This document shows, in pieces, positions 1-8,379 of a DNA stretch of 64,000 bases. The stretch is from Candidatus Parcubacteria bacterium (GTDB lineage Bacteria; Patescibacteriota; Patescibacteriia; Patescibacteriales; UBA12075). The position numbers were made by a program, and so were the translations under genes. The stretch's first letter is position 1. The number at the start of each line of letters is the position of its first letter. Below the pieces are notes generated by a model. It saw only the letters and a list, made by a program, of their open reading frames with translations, had not been told where the DNA came from and ran no database searches. Where the stretch lies: positions 187,669 through 251,668 of the forward strand of contig CAWHBO010000005.1 in NCBI GenBank assembly GCA_963827735.1, read 5' to 3'.

Positions 1-758
1 GTTTCGACCCGGCAGAAATGCATCCGATTCCCAAAACCGATCCTTTGGTCGTTAAACTCAGGGAAATGCTTGGGATTCAGCCGCATGAAAAAATGATTTT
101 AACGATTGGCGGAGACGTGACATCCAAAGGCGCGCAGGAAATGCTTAAGGCCTTGGCGATTGTAGACAAAGATTTTAAAGATTGGAAATATGTGCTCAAA
201 CATTGGAATTCTGAATCGGCCGAAGTGCATGGGCCGGAAGAAGACGCCCTGATTGAGGAGTTGGGACTTGATCGCGGTAAGATCCGCTATCTGTCCGGAG
301 CTTTTTCGCACGACTTCATGGCATATTTAATCGCCGCGTGCGATATCTACGCCGCCCCTTCCCGTTTGGAGGGCTTTGGCATGATCCAGATGGAGGCAGA
401 GGCTTGCGGCCGCCCGGTTATTTCCATAAACAAAGGCGGTCCCGCTGACACGATTATCCATGGGAAGACAGGCTTCCTGGCTGAAGTGGGGGAGACGATT
501 GAGCTTAAGGAAAAGTGGGCGTATGAAGGCATGGGTTTTGATTCTGACCACAAGATAGTCTTTGACCAGCCCAAAGTTTTCGCTTACCGCGCTTCCATCC
601 CGGAACTGGCAAAGTATACTTTGATGCTTTTAACTGACGACAAATTGCGCGCAGAGATGGGCAAGAACGCAAGCGAACACGCGCTGGCGAATTACCAGTA
701 CCGCGATGTGGCGGCGAGAGCGTTGAAGATGCTGAAGGAGAGGATTGATATAAAGTAA
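1..758 (+). CDS. Glycosyltransferase family 1 (GT1), C-terminal part; the ORF is open to the window start, so it is 5'-partial
   Basis: Translation contains a GT1 C-domain signature (EGFGMIQMEAEACGRPVISINKGGPADTIIHGKTGFL). In-frame codons 3..17 have no stop. Confidence 0.75.
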   Translation, partial: FDPAEMHPIPKTDPLVVKLREMLGIQPHEKMILTIGGDVTSKGAQEMLKALAIVDKDFKDWKYVLKHWNSESAEVHGPEEDALIEELGLDRGKIRYLSGAFSHDFMAYLIAACDIYAAPSRLEGFGMIQMEAEACGRPVISINKGGPADTIIHGKTGFLAEVGETIELKEKWAYEGMGFDSDHKIVFDQPKVFAYRASIPELAKYTLMLLTDDKLRAEMGKNASEHALANYQYRDVAARALKMLKERIDIK

Positions 759-818
759 TTCGCCCCCAGAACTCCTTTTCAAGTTTTGGGAAGGGGAGCA
801 AGGTGAAAAAGAACAAAT

Positions 819-1577
819 TCAAACTATCTCCCACAAAGCTTTGAACACTTCTCTTTGATTCTTTGCTAATTCAATATTGCGAATTTCAATTGCATAATGC
901 GGTCTTTCGTTAGTAATTATCATGATTATATATTCACCACACACCCAATAAGTAGCAGTGAAAGGAATGCTTTTTTTAAAGTTTTTAATTTGTCTCTTGG
1001 AATAGTTTTGTTTTTCCATCACCTTCTCTATTTCTGATTTATTTGATAAAAGTCGAAGCTCCAAATCATTGGGAACATTTGCCCAGTACCAATCTATCCA
1101 TTGCTTATAATGTTCGACAAAAGTATGATCCTGATAACCAAGCCATTTTTCTTTATTTTCTAATATGCTTTTATTCCAAATCGGAGTTTGTTTGTATAAA
1201 AAATTTTCCAGTTCTTCTTCCGCGATGAATCTAACTTTTGGTATTGTATATTTAGTATTGGATGATACTTGTTTTAACTCTTGAATAGCACTTTTGATAA
1301 GGGTTCTTTTATTTCTTATATCCTCTTCTTGTTTTTTGATGATATTTTCCAAATCTTCCGGAGGAAGAGCAACTACATATTTAATCGGGCTAGAAAGATC
1401 TTCACTGATTACGTTTTTCTTCTTAAGCTCACTAATGATACTATAGACTGTACTTCTGTTAATTCCGGTAATTTGCGCCAAATCAGCCGGAATAATTTTT
1501 CCATTTTTTAATATTGCTAAATATACATCCGCTTCTTTGTTAGAAAAACCTAGATTGTTTAATATTTTTTGTATCAT
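819..1577 (-). CDS. TrmB-like HTH transcriptional regulator
   Basis: N-terminal winged-HTH (GFSNKEADVYLAILKNGKIIPADLAQITGINRSTVYSIISELKKKNVI) typical of the TrmB family. 252 aa ORF divergent from the transporter operon. Confidence 0.6.
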   Translation of the reverse strand: MIQKILNNLGFSNKEADVYLAILKNGKIIPADLAQITGINRSTVYSIISELKKKNVISEDLSSPIKYVVALPPEDLENIIKKQEEDIRNKRTLIKSAIQELKQVSSNTKYTIPKVRFIAEEELENFLYKQTPIWNKSILENKEKWLGYQDHTFVEHYKQWIDWYWANVPNDLELRLLSNKSEIEKVMEKQNYSKRQIKNFKKSIPFTATYWVCGEYIIMIITNERPHYAIEIRNIELAKNQREVFKALWEIV

Positions 1578-1734
1578 AATATTTATAAATTATAAGCCAA
1601 TATCTATATAATATCTTTTTGTTTATATTTTGTCAACAAATAATTATATATTTGTTTAAATATAATAAACATACTATTTAAATTTAATTTTAGCAAAAAT
1701 TTAACTTAAATTTTATAAATATTATATAATAATA

Positions 1735-1763
1735 TTGACAGTAATATAACTATATGTTATACT
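1735..1763 (+). promoter_or_regulatory. Sigma70-like promoter for the ABC-transporter operon (TTGACA, 17-nt spacer, TATACT)
   Basis: ttgaca at 1735-1740, a 17-nt spacer, and tatact at 1758-1763, in the AT-rich divergent intergenic region upstream of the SBP gene. Confidence 0.5.
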
Positions 1764-1859
1764 AGAATATCAAATTAAAAAATTTCAAAATGTAACTAAA
1801 AATTTTGTTAAACTAAAAAGATTTGATAAAATATAATTAATTAATAAAAATTAACAATT

Positions 1860-2738
1860 ATGAAAAAGAATTTAATTCAAGTTTTGGGAGTCATTGTGTT
1901 GACAATCATTGTTAGTATGACAACCATAAATTTAAATCAAACAGAAACTTTACCGACAGTCACAAAAAACACCTACGACAAAGTTATGGAATCAGGAAAA
2001 ATTCGTGCCTGTTATGTTGTTTATCCTCCGGCTTCAATCAAGGATCCAAACACTGGTGAAATGTCAGGAGTATTTGTAGAGACTCTGAACAAAGCTGCTG
2101 AAAACATGGGACTTAGTGTAGAATGGAACGCTGAAGTCGGATGGGGAGAGATGATTGAAGCTTTAAATTCAAATCGTTGTGATATTATCGGCTCTCCGGC
2201 ATGGAGCAACTCTACTCGCGGGAGAAGCGCCGAGTTTTCTCAGCCAGTTTATTATAGTGCTTTAAATGCTTATGTTAGAATCAATGACGATCGCTTTAAT
2301 CAAGATATTAAAGTAGCTAATGGCGCAGATTACAAAATCGCTACGGTTGACGGAGAAACTTCACAAGTAATTGCATCTCGTCAATTTCCAAACGCAAAAA
2401 CGTTGGAGCTTCCACAATCAACTGATGTTTCTCAAATGCTACTTAACGTAGTTGATGGAAAAGCTGATATGGCATTCTTGGAACCGACAGTCGCGAACGA
2501 ATATATAAAAAATAATCCGGGTAAAATAAAAAATGTTACCAAGGAAAAACCGGTGGTTATCTATGGAAATGTGATGCTGATTAAAAAAGGTGAATTTGTC
2601 TTTAAGTCAGCGGTAGATAATGCTATAATAGAATTACTTAATAACGGATATACAGATGAATTAATTGATAGATATGAAGCTGAATATCCAGGTGGATTTT
2701 ATAGAGTGGCTTCACCATATTTAGTTCCACAAATATAG
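1860..2738 (+). CDS. ABC transporter substrate-binding protein (family 3, polar amino acid type)
   Basis: N-terminal signal/TM followed by an SBP_bac_3-like sequence. First gene of a contiguous SBP-permease-ATPase operon. Confidence 0.7.
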   Translation: MKKNLIQVLGVIVLTIIVSMTTINLNQTETLPTVTKNTYDKVMESGKIRACYVVYPPASIKDPNTGEMSGVFVETLNKAAENMGLSVEWNAEVGWGEMIEALNSNRCDIIGSPAWSNSTRGRSAEFSQPVYYSALNAYVRINDDRFNQDIKVANGADYKIATVDGETSQVIASRQFPNAKTLELPQSTDVSQMLLNVVDGKADMAFLEPTVANEYIKNNPGKIKNVTKEKPVVIYGNVMLIKKGEFVFKSAVDNAIIELLNNGYTDELIDRYEAEYPGGFYRVASPYLVPQI

Positions 2739-2745
2739 TAAATGC

Positions 2746-3411
2746 ATGTCAATAATTAACATTATTATTACATATAGAGAAGGCCTGCTTGCAGGCCTTC
2801 TCGTTACTCTTAAACTCAGTCTGATCATTTGGTCGGTCGGTTTGGTTATTGGTACTGCCCTTGGTTATCTCGGAACAAAATTTCGCAATGAAATCGGTAA
2901 GCCGTCCCAAGTTATTTCTTTCGTTCTTTCTGGCATACCGGTATTAATTCTTCTTTTCTGGCTTCATTATCCGTTGCAAGCCATGTTGAAAGTAAATATT
3001 AACCCTTTTTATACCGCATGTTTTGCTTTTTCTTTAATAAATGTGTTTGCCGTAGCGGATATAGTTAAATCGGCGCTTGCGAATTTTCCCACACAATACA
3101 ATTTGGCTGCAAAAGTCTGTGGTATGTCTTCTGTTCAGACATTTTTAAAAATTGAGTTACCCATAATTTTTCGACAAATTATCCCGTCTTTATTAAGTCT
3201 TCAAGTTGCTATGTTGCAATTAACTTTGTTTGCTAGCTTTATTTCTGTAGAGGAAATTTTTCGAGTGGCGCAGAGAATTAACGCAGTGGTATACAAGCCG
3301 ATAGAAGTCTATACTGCGCTGGCAATTTTTTTCTTAATTATTTGTTTACCATTAAATGGTTTATCAATTTGGTTAAAAAGAAAATATACCAGAAACTTGT
3401 CTGAAAACTAA
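2746..3411 (+). CDS. Amino-acid ABC transporter permease
   Basis: 221 aa, multi-TM protein positioned between the SBP and ATPase genes. Has an EAA-like loop region typical of HisM/GlnP-type permeases. Confidence 0.7.
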   Translation: MSIINIIITYREGLLAGLLVTLKLSLIIWSVGLVIGTALGYLGTKFRNEIGKPSQVISFVLSGIPVLILLFWLHYPLQAMLKVNINPFYTACFAFSLINVFAVADIVKSALANFPTQYNLAAKVCGMSSVQTFLKIELPIIFRQIIPSLLSLQVAMLQLTLFASFISVEEIFRVAQRINAVVYKPIEVYTALAIFFLIICLPLNGLSIWLKRKYTRNLSEN

Positions 3412-3422
3412 TCATTTTATTT

Positions 3423-4589
3423 ATGTTAAGCGGCAAAAAAATAATCAAAAAACAAAATGACCGATATATATTAAAGGATATTAATATAGAAATTAAGCCT
3501 GGTACGATCACCTCTTTAATCGGTCCGAGTGGGGCTGGAAAAACTACGCTTTTACGAGCTTTGTCTCTTTTGGACTTGCCTAACTCCGGAAATATATCTT
3601 TTGATAATACGAAATATTTTTTTCCCGAAGACAAAAATAAAATTGTCGCTCCTTGGCCGATGATTTCCGTAGTTTTTCAACAGCTATTTATCTGGCCCCA
3701 TTTAACCTTGCGTGAAAATATTGAATTGCCATTAAAAACAAACAATACGCTTAAGGCCAGCCAGGATTATTTAAACCATTTATTCAAAATGTTCAACATG
3801 AATGAATTTATAGACCGTTATCCCAATAATTCTTCTATCGGCCAAAGGCAACGCACCGCGTTAGTTAGAGCGTTAGCGCTAAAACCAAAATATTTACTGC
3901 TTGATGAAATCACTTCTTCATTGGACGTTGAACAATCGGAAATAATTTTATCACATTTAGTGGAAATAAAAAAAATGGGGGTAGGGATTTTGGTAGTGGC
4001 GCACGATATAAATTTTGCCATATCCGATGCTGACAACGTTATTTTTATTGACAAAGGCAAAATTATTAAACAGGGAAAGCCTTATGAATTTTTGCTTGAA
4101 TCAAAAAATAAACAAATCTCTCATTTTATTAACAGCGCTTCGTTTAGTGCTTCGCAAATCAGGATTTATTCCGGTCATGAAGAATTTCAAGCATATCATC
4201 TTGCTTTGTTAGAGCGTTTGCCGGAAAATAGCACCATCACTATAATCGGTGGTCTGGGCGCAACTTGGTATGGGCCGATGGGTGAAAGCTATCAAGAATA
4301 TGATCGTTTACGTATTAAAAAAAATATTAAGTGGGACATGCTAATGTATGAGTATGGCGAAGAAGACAAGCGATTAGTTAAAACGAATCCGGAAATAAAT
4401 AAATTTTACATACTTTCACCTAGTATGAAAAATATGGCCGATATCAATATTAACAGCGACGGCACAGTTATTTTGCAAATTTTTGATCCAGTACCAACAA
4501 TAATTGAAATAAAAAACCAAGCGCTTGCAGATTCATATATGTACTATTATCATGATTTAATAAAAAATAGTAAAGAATATAAAGGCTAA
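3423..4589 (+). CDS. ABC transporter ATP-binding protein with an about 170-aa C-terminal extension of unknown function
   Basis: Walker A (GPSGAGKTT), ABC signature-like SIGQRQRTALVRALA, and Walker B (LLLDEITSSLD). The C-terminal extension (residues about 220-388) has no recognisable motif. Confidence 0.8.
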   Translation: MLSGKKIIKKQNDRYILKDINIEIKPGTITSLIGPSGAGKTTLLRALSLLDLPNSGNISFDNTKYFFPEDKNKIVAPWPMISVVFQQLFIWPHLTLRENIELPLKTNNTLKASQDYLNHLFKMFNMNEFIDRYPNNSSIGQRQRTALVRALALKPKYLLLDEITSSLDVEQSEIILSHLVEIKKMGVGILVVAHDINFAISDADNVIFIDKGKIIKQGKPYEFLLESKNKQISHFINSASFSASQIRIYSGHEEFQAYHLALLERLPENSTITIIGGLGATWYGPMGESYQEYDRLRIKKNIKWDMLMYEYGEEDKRLVKTNPEINKFYILSPSMKNMADININSDGTVILQIFDPVPTIIEIKNQALADSYMYYYHDLIKNSKEYKG

Positions 4590-4594
4590 AATTA

Positions 4595-4626
4595 AAACCG
4601 CCACCAAAAAAATCGGTGGCGGTTTT
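4595..4626. terminator. Bidirectional rho-independent terminator between convergent genes
   Basis: aaccgccacc / ggtggcggtt, a 10-bp perfect stem with an A-run loop, flanked by A and T runs. Lies between the ABC ATPase (+) and rel (-). Confidence 0.7.
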
Positions 4627-4649
4627 AATTTTGACTTTATCTAGTTTCT

Positions 4650-6131
4650 CTAATTTTTGTTGCTTTTGATTCCCGGAATAATTTTTTTAATCTGTTCAAA
4701 CCTTGAAAGCTTCGCCGCTTGTTTGATTTTTTCACGGGCGCGCGCCGTTTTTACGAATTTGAGCCAGTCGGTGTTGGGTTTTTTGCGGCTTTTTTCCGTG
4801 ATGATTTCCACCATATCGCCGTTTGTAAGTTCCGCGTCCAGAGCCGCCATCTTGTTGTTGATCAGCGCGCCGGTGGCTTTGTTGCCGATCTCGGAATGGA
4901 CGGCAAAAGCGAAATCCACCGGCGTGGATTTTTCCGGCAGATCAAAAACGTCGCCTTTTGGTGAAAAAACAAATATTCTTTTTTGGAAGACATCCACCTT
5001 GAGCTGGCTGATGAAGTCGTCAGTGTTCTTGATTTTTTTCTGGATCTCAAGAATGTCCTTGACCCAAGCCGGAGGTTTCATGTTTTTGACATCAGCGCTC
5101 TGCAACTGCTTGTAGTGCCAGTGTGCGGCAATGCCGTACAGAGATTCTTCGTTCATTTCTTCGGTTCGGATCTGGAATTCCGTGGCATTGTTATCCAGCC
5201 CGAAAACAGTGGTGTGCAGACTGCGATAGCCGTTGGGCTTGGGAACTGCGATATAATCCTTGATCCGATCTGATTGCGGCCTCCATAAGCTATGGATGAT
5301 ACCCATCGTTTTATAACAATCCGCAACGCTTGGGACAATGACGCGCAAGGCGAATACGTCATAGATCTCATCAAATTTATAATCCTTATTCTGCATTTTT
5401 TTGAAAATGCTGTAAAGGTGCTTGAAGCGGTTTTCAATCCTGAATTCTATTTTTTCCTCCTTGAGCCGGGGGCCGAGAGTGTTTTTTATTTTTTGAAAAT
5501 ATTGATTGCGCTCCAATTTTTTTTCAATTTCATATTTATATTCCAAAGCCTTAAAGTCTTCCGGATAAATATATTTAAAGCAAATATCTTCCATCTGCCA
5601 TTTTAATCGCCATATCCCCAGAAGTCCTGCAATGGGCGCATAAATTTCCATTGTCTCTTTTGCAATCCGCAGGCGTTTTTCTGGCGGCAAGGCATCCAGC
5701 GTTCTTAAATTATGCAAACGATCACAAAATTTTATAAGAATTACGCGCAAATCCTTGGCCATGGCTAAAAACATTTTCCTCAGCGATTCGCGGTATCTCT
5801 CAATTCCCCGGTATTTTATTTTGCTTAATTTCGTTATGCCTTCCACGAGTGTGGCAACATCTGAACCAAAATTTGTTTCAATATCTTTCAGTGTTGTCGT
5901 TGTGTCTTCAGGAACATCATGCAAAAGTCCGGCGATGATGGTGTTAAGATCAGCTTTCATCTGAGCGAGCAAAAAAGCCGTATGCAAGGAATGCTGAATG
6001 TAAGGTTCGCCGCTTTTTCTTTTTTGATCGCCATGCGCTTTCAGCGCGAATTCATAAGCCAGCCGAAGCATATCCAAATCAACTTTTGGGTTGTTATCTT
6101 TGACTTTGGATATGATTTGGTCAATGGTCAT
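4650..6131 (-). CDS. rel: Short RelA/SpoT-family (p)ppGpp synthetase/hydrolase (HD + synthetase + TGS; no ACT domain)
   Basis: HD motif (HGDQKRKSGEPYIQHSL...HD), RelA/SpoT synthetase motifs, and a TGS-like C-terminus. At 493 aa it is shorter than canonical Rel. Confidence 0.85.
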   Translation of the reverse strand: MTIDQIISKVKDNNPKVDLDMLRLAYEFALKAHGDQKRKSGEPYIQHSLHTAFLLAQMKADLNTIIAGLLHDVPEDTTTTLKDIETNFGSDVATLVEGITKLSKIKYRGIERYRESLRKMFLAMAKDLRVILIKFCDRLHNLRTLDALPPEKRLRIAKETMEIYAPIAGLLGIWRLKWQMEDICFKYIYPEDFKALEYKYEIEKKLERNQYFQKIKNTLGPRLKEEKIEFRIENRFKHLYSIFKKMQNKDYKFDEIYDVFALRVIVPSVADCYKTMGIIHSLWRPQSDRIKDYIAVPKPNGYRSLHTTVFGLDNNATEFQIRTEEMNEESLYGIAAHWHYKQLQSADVKNMKPPAWVKDILEIQKKIKNTDDFISQLKVDVFQKRIFVFSPKGDVFDLPEKSTPVDFAFAVHSEIGNKATGALINNKMAALDAELTNGDMVEIITEKSRKKPNTDWLKFVKTARAREKIKQAAKLSRFEQIKKIIPGIKSNKN

Positions 6132-6190
6132 AACTCATAACTCATAACTCATAACTCATAACTCATAACTCATAACTCATAACTCATAAC
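6129..6190. repeat. Heptanucleotide tandem repeat (TAACTCA / GTTATGA)x~9 abutting the rel start codon
   Basis: Perfect 7-bp period from 6129 to 6190. The last repeat supplies the ATG of rel. An inverted partner ctcataactcgtaactt lies at 6228-6246. Confidence 0.9.
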
Positions 6191-6394
6191 ATCTTACCTT
6201 AAAAGATTTTTAAAAATAGTTATAAGTTCCAAGTTACGAGTTATGAGAAAAAGAAAGCTGAAGCATGTTTTGGTATAATCTATAGTAATTGGTTTTTTCT
6301 TTGTCTTTTTTCCGCGTTTTATGTTATAATAGTATTACAAACCTGTGGATTAGTCAATTCGCAAAATTTCATTCTTTGCAATAAAACCCCCCCC

Positions 6395-8206
6395 ATGAAA
6401 AGAAAATTTATAATGCTTTTCAAAAAATCAGCTGTCTTGATGATGGTCTGTTTTATTTTTGCAGCCGCTTTTTTTGTATCCGGCGATGTTGCCAGAGCTT
6501 CTGACCCGATCAATCTTGAACAGGCAAAAGATCTGGGTCTTAAGACCGGAACGGTTACCGATCCGCGGATCCTGATTTTGAACATCGTAAAATATCTGCT
6601 TACTTTTCTGGGACTCTTAGCTGTCGTATTTGTCATGTGGGCGGGGTTTTTATGGATGACCTCTGAGGGCGACCCTGCGAAAATTGATAAAGCGAAAAAA
6701 ACTTTGGTTAACGCCGTTATCGGCGTGGCCATCATCATATCAGCTTTTGCCATCGTTTTGTATATCAACAAGCTTGTAACTGAAGGGATATCTTCACTGG
6801 GGGACAGTTCTGCCACTGTAAGCGTCGGTCCGGGCCTCAGTGCGGCCGGAGGAAGAGTCATTGAGAGCCATTATCCAGAGCGAGGCCAGACCAATGTCCC
6901 AAGAAACACCAAGATCGCGGTCACATTCAAGGAGCCGATTGACCAAGCAACCGTCATTGCCGATACCAATGGCAACACGATTTTCGGGGACTGGATTGAT
7001 GGCAACGGCAATTTGATCATGGAAGACGGCGAGTATGACAAGCTCATCCCGGAAAATGTCAGCATCGCTCTGGCCAATGCGATTTATACCGGCCCTTGGA
7101 AAGATAATCTTTATGCCAGTGTCAGCGCGGACAGAAGAACGTTTGTGTTCACACAAATTGCGCCTTACCTCGGCAGTCCCTCGGTTGACATCAGATATAG
7201 CGTTTATTTAACCTCAAACATAAAGAAAGCCAACGGATCTGATCTTTGGATGGGCGCGGGCAGCGGTTATCTTTGGAGTTTTGAAACAGGAACGATCATT
7301 GATACGGTTCCTCCCAAGGTGGAAAGCGTGGTCCCATATCCCGGAAACCAAGAGCCGCGAAACGTGATTTTACAGATAAATTTCAGTGAAGGCATCAGCC
7401 CGATCACAGTTAACAGTTCTTCAATTTCAGTGACAGCGGATGGAAGCGCGGTGAATGGATCTCTGTATGTTTCTAATGCTTATGCCACGGTTGAATTTTT
7501 ATCCGAAACGGTTTGCGGAGTCAATTCTTGCGGGCAGACAGTATATTGCTTGCCGGCTTCTTCCACAATTGCGTCTTTGATTGACGCCGCGACTCCCGGT
7601 CTGGATGACGGCATCACTGATTTGGCCGGCAATTCATTTGATGGGAACGGCGACGGGATAGCTTCCGGCTCTGTACTCATTGCCTTTAACGCCAACGAAG
7701 CGCTGGCTTTGGCGTCAGACGCATTGGCCGCCTATGCCGCGTCTCACGGCGATGATTATGCTTGGAATTTTGATACGACCAATACGATTGATATCACAGC
7801 GCCCTCAATCATCGCTATCAATCCGGGATTTAACGCTTACGGCATAAATGCGGGGACGGCGCCATCGGCAGTTTTTAACAAACTGCTTATGAAGAGTTCG
7901 GTCCTCAAGAATATCAGCGATGATGGCAGTGTGGCTTTGTACGCCAACCCCGCATCAGCGGAAGTTGTTTTCTTTTTAAGCACCGTATCGGATAATGCTT
8001 TAAAACAAAGCACAGTTCAGATAAAACACGCCAATTTTACCGACAGCGCGGTTTATGCCCCGGAGTTTAACTCCGGGATAAAAGATATTTATCAAAATTG
8101 TTTTACTCCCGATGGAACCGGCGGCGGCGGGCCGGCGTGTACGCCAACTGTTGCCATGCCTTATTGCTGTAATGGAACGTTGAGCGGTGTGAGTTGTAAA
8201 CCGTAG
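6395..8206 (+). CDS. Secreted/surface protein with a TrbC/VirB2-pilin-like N-terminal module (signal peptide + 2 TM helices) and a large extracellular region
   Basis: N-terminal motif ...TDPRILILNIVKYLLTFLGLLAVVFVMWAGFLWMTSEGDPAKIDKAKKTL..., shared almost residue-for-residue with the next gene. 603 aa. Promoter-like tataat at 6327-6332. Confidence 0.8.
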   Translation: MKRKFIMLFKKSAVLMMVCFIFAAAFFVSGDVARASDPINLEQAKDLGLKTGTVTDPRILILNIVKYLLTFLGLLAVVFVMWAGFLWMTSEGDPAKIDKAKKTLVNAVIGVAIIISAFAIVLYINKLVTEGISSLGDSSATVSVGPGLSAAGGRVIESHYPERGQTNVPRNTKIAVTFKEPIDQATVIADTNGNTIFGDWIDGNGNLIMEDGEYDKLIPENVSIALANAIYTGPWKDNLYASVSADRRTFVFTQIAPYLGSPSVDIRYSVYLTSNIKKANGSDLWMGAGSGYLWSFETGTIIDTVPPKVESVVPYPGNQEPRNVILQINFSEGISPITVNSSSISVTADGSAVNGSLYVSNAYATVEFLSETVCGVNSCGQTVYCLPASSTIASLIDAATPGLDDGITDLAGNSFDGNGDGIASGSVLIAFNANEALALASDALAAYAASHGDDYAWNFDTTNTIDITAPSIIAINPGFNAYGINAGTAPSAVFNKLLMKSSVLKNISDDGSVALYANPASAEVVFFLSTVSDNALKQSTVQIKHANFTDSAVYAPEFNSGIKDIYQNCFTPDGTGGGGPACTPTVAMPYCCNGTLSGVSCKP

Positions 8207-8215
8207 AAAATAAGA

Positions 8216-8322
8216 TTGGGAACCCACAAATCAACAAATTTCTACAAATCTACAAATTCAGACAAAAAGTTTTTATAAGTATTTGTTGATTTGTTGCTAT
8301 TCGTAGATTTGTGGGTTCCCAA
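8216..8322. repeat. AT-rich palindromic intergenic element (outer IR ttgggaacccacaaatc / gatttgtgggttcccaa, ACAAAT-rich arms)
   Basis: 17-bp perfect outer inverted repeat with imperfect inner arms. Same family as the element at 28559-28672. Confidence 0.8.
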
Positions 8323-8379
8323 ACAAAGTTAAAATATAGAGACAATTAAATTTATTGTATTGTAATTATTTTTTAAAAG

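Noticed and set aside
6129-6190. Possible CRISPR array (regular short repeats)
   Set aside because: The period is 7 bp with no spacers, so it is a simple tandem SSR. No cas genes nearby.
6319-8227. Minus-strand ORFs overlapping the 6395..8206 surface-protein gene (for example 6319..6861, 6794..7156)
   Set aside because: The plus-strand gene has a conserved N-terminal module shared with its paralog. The antisense ORFs have no motifs.
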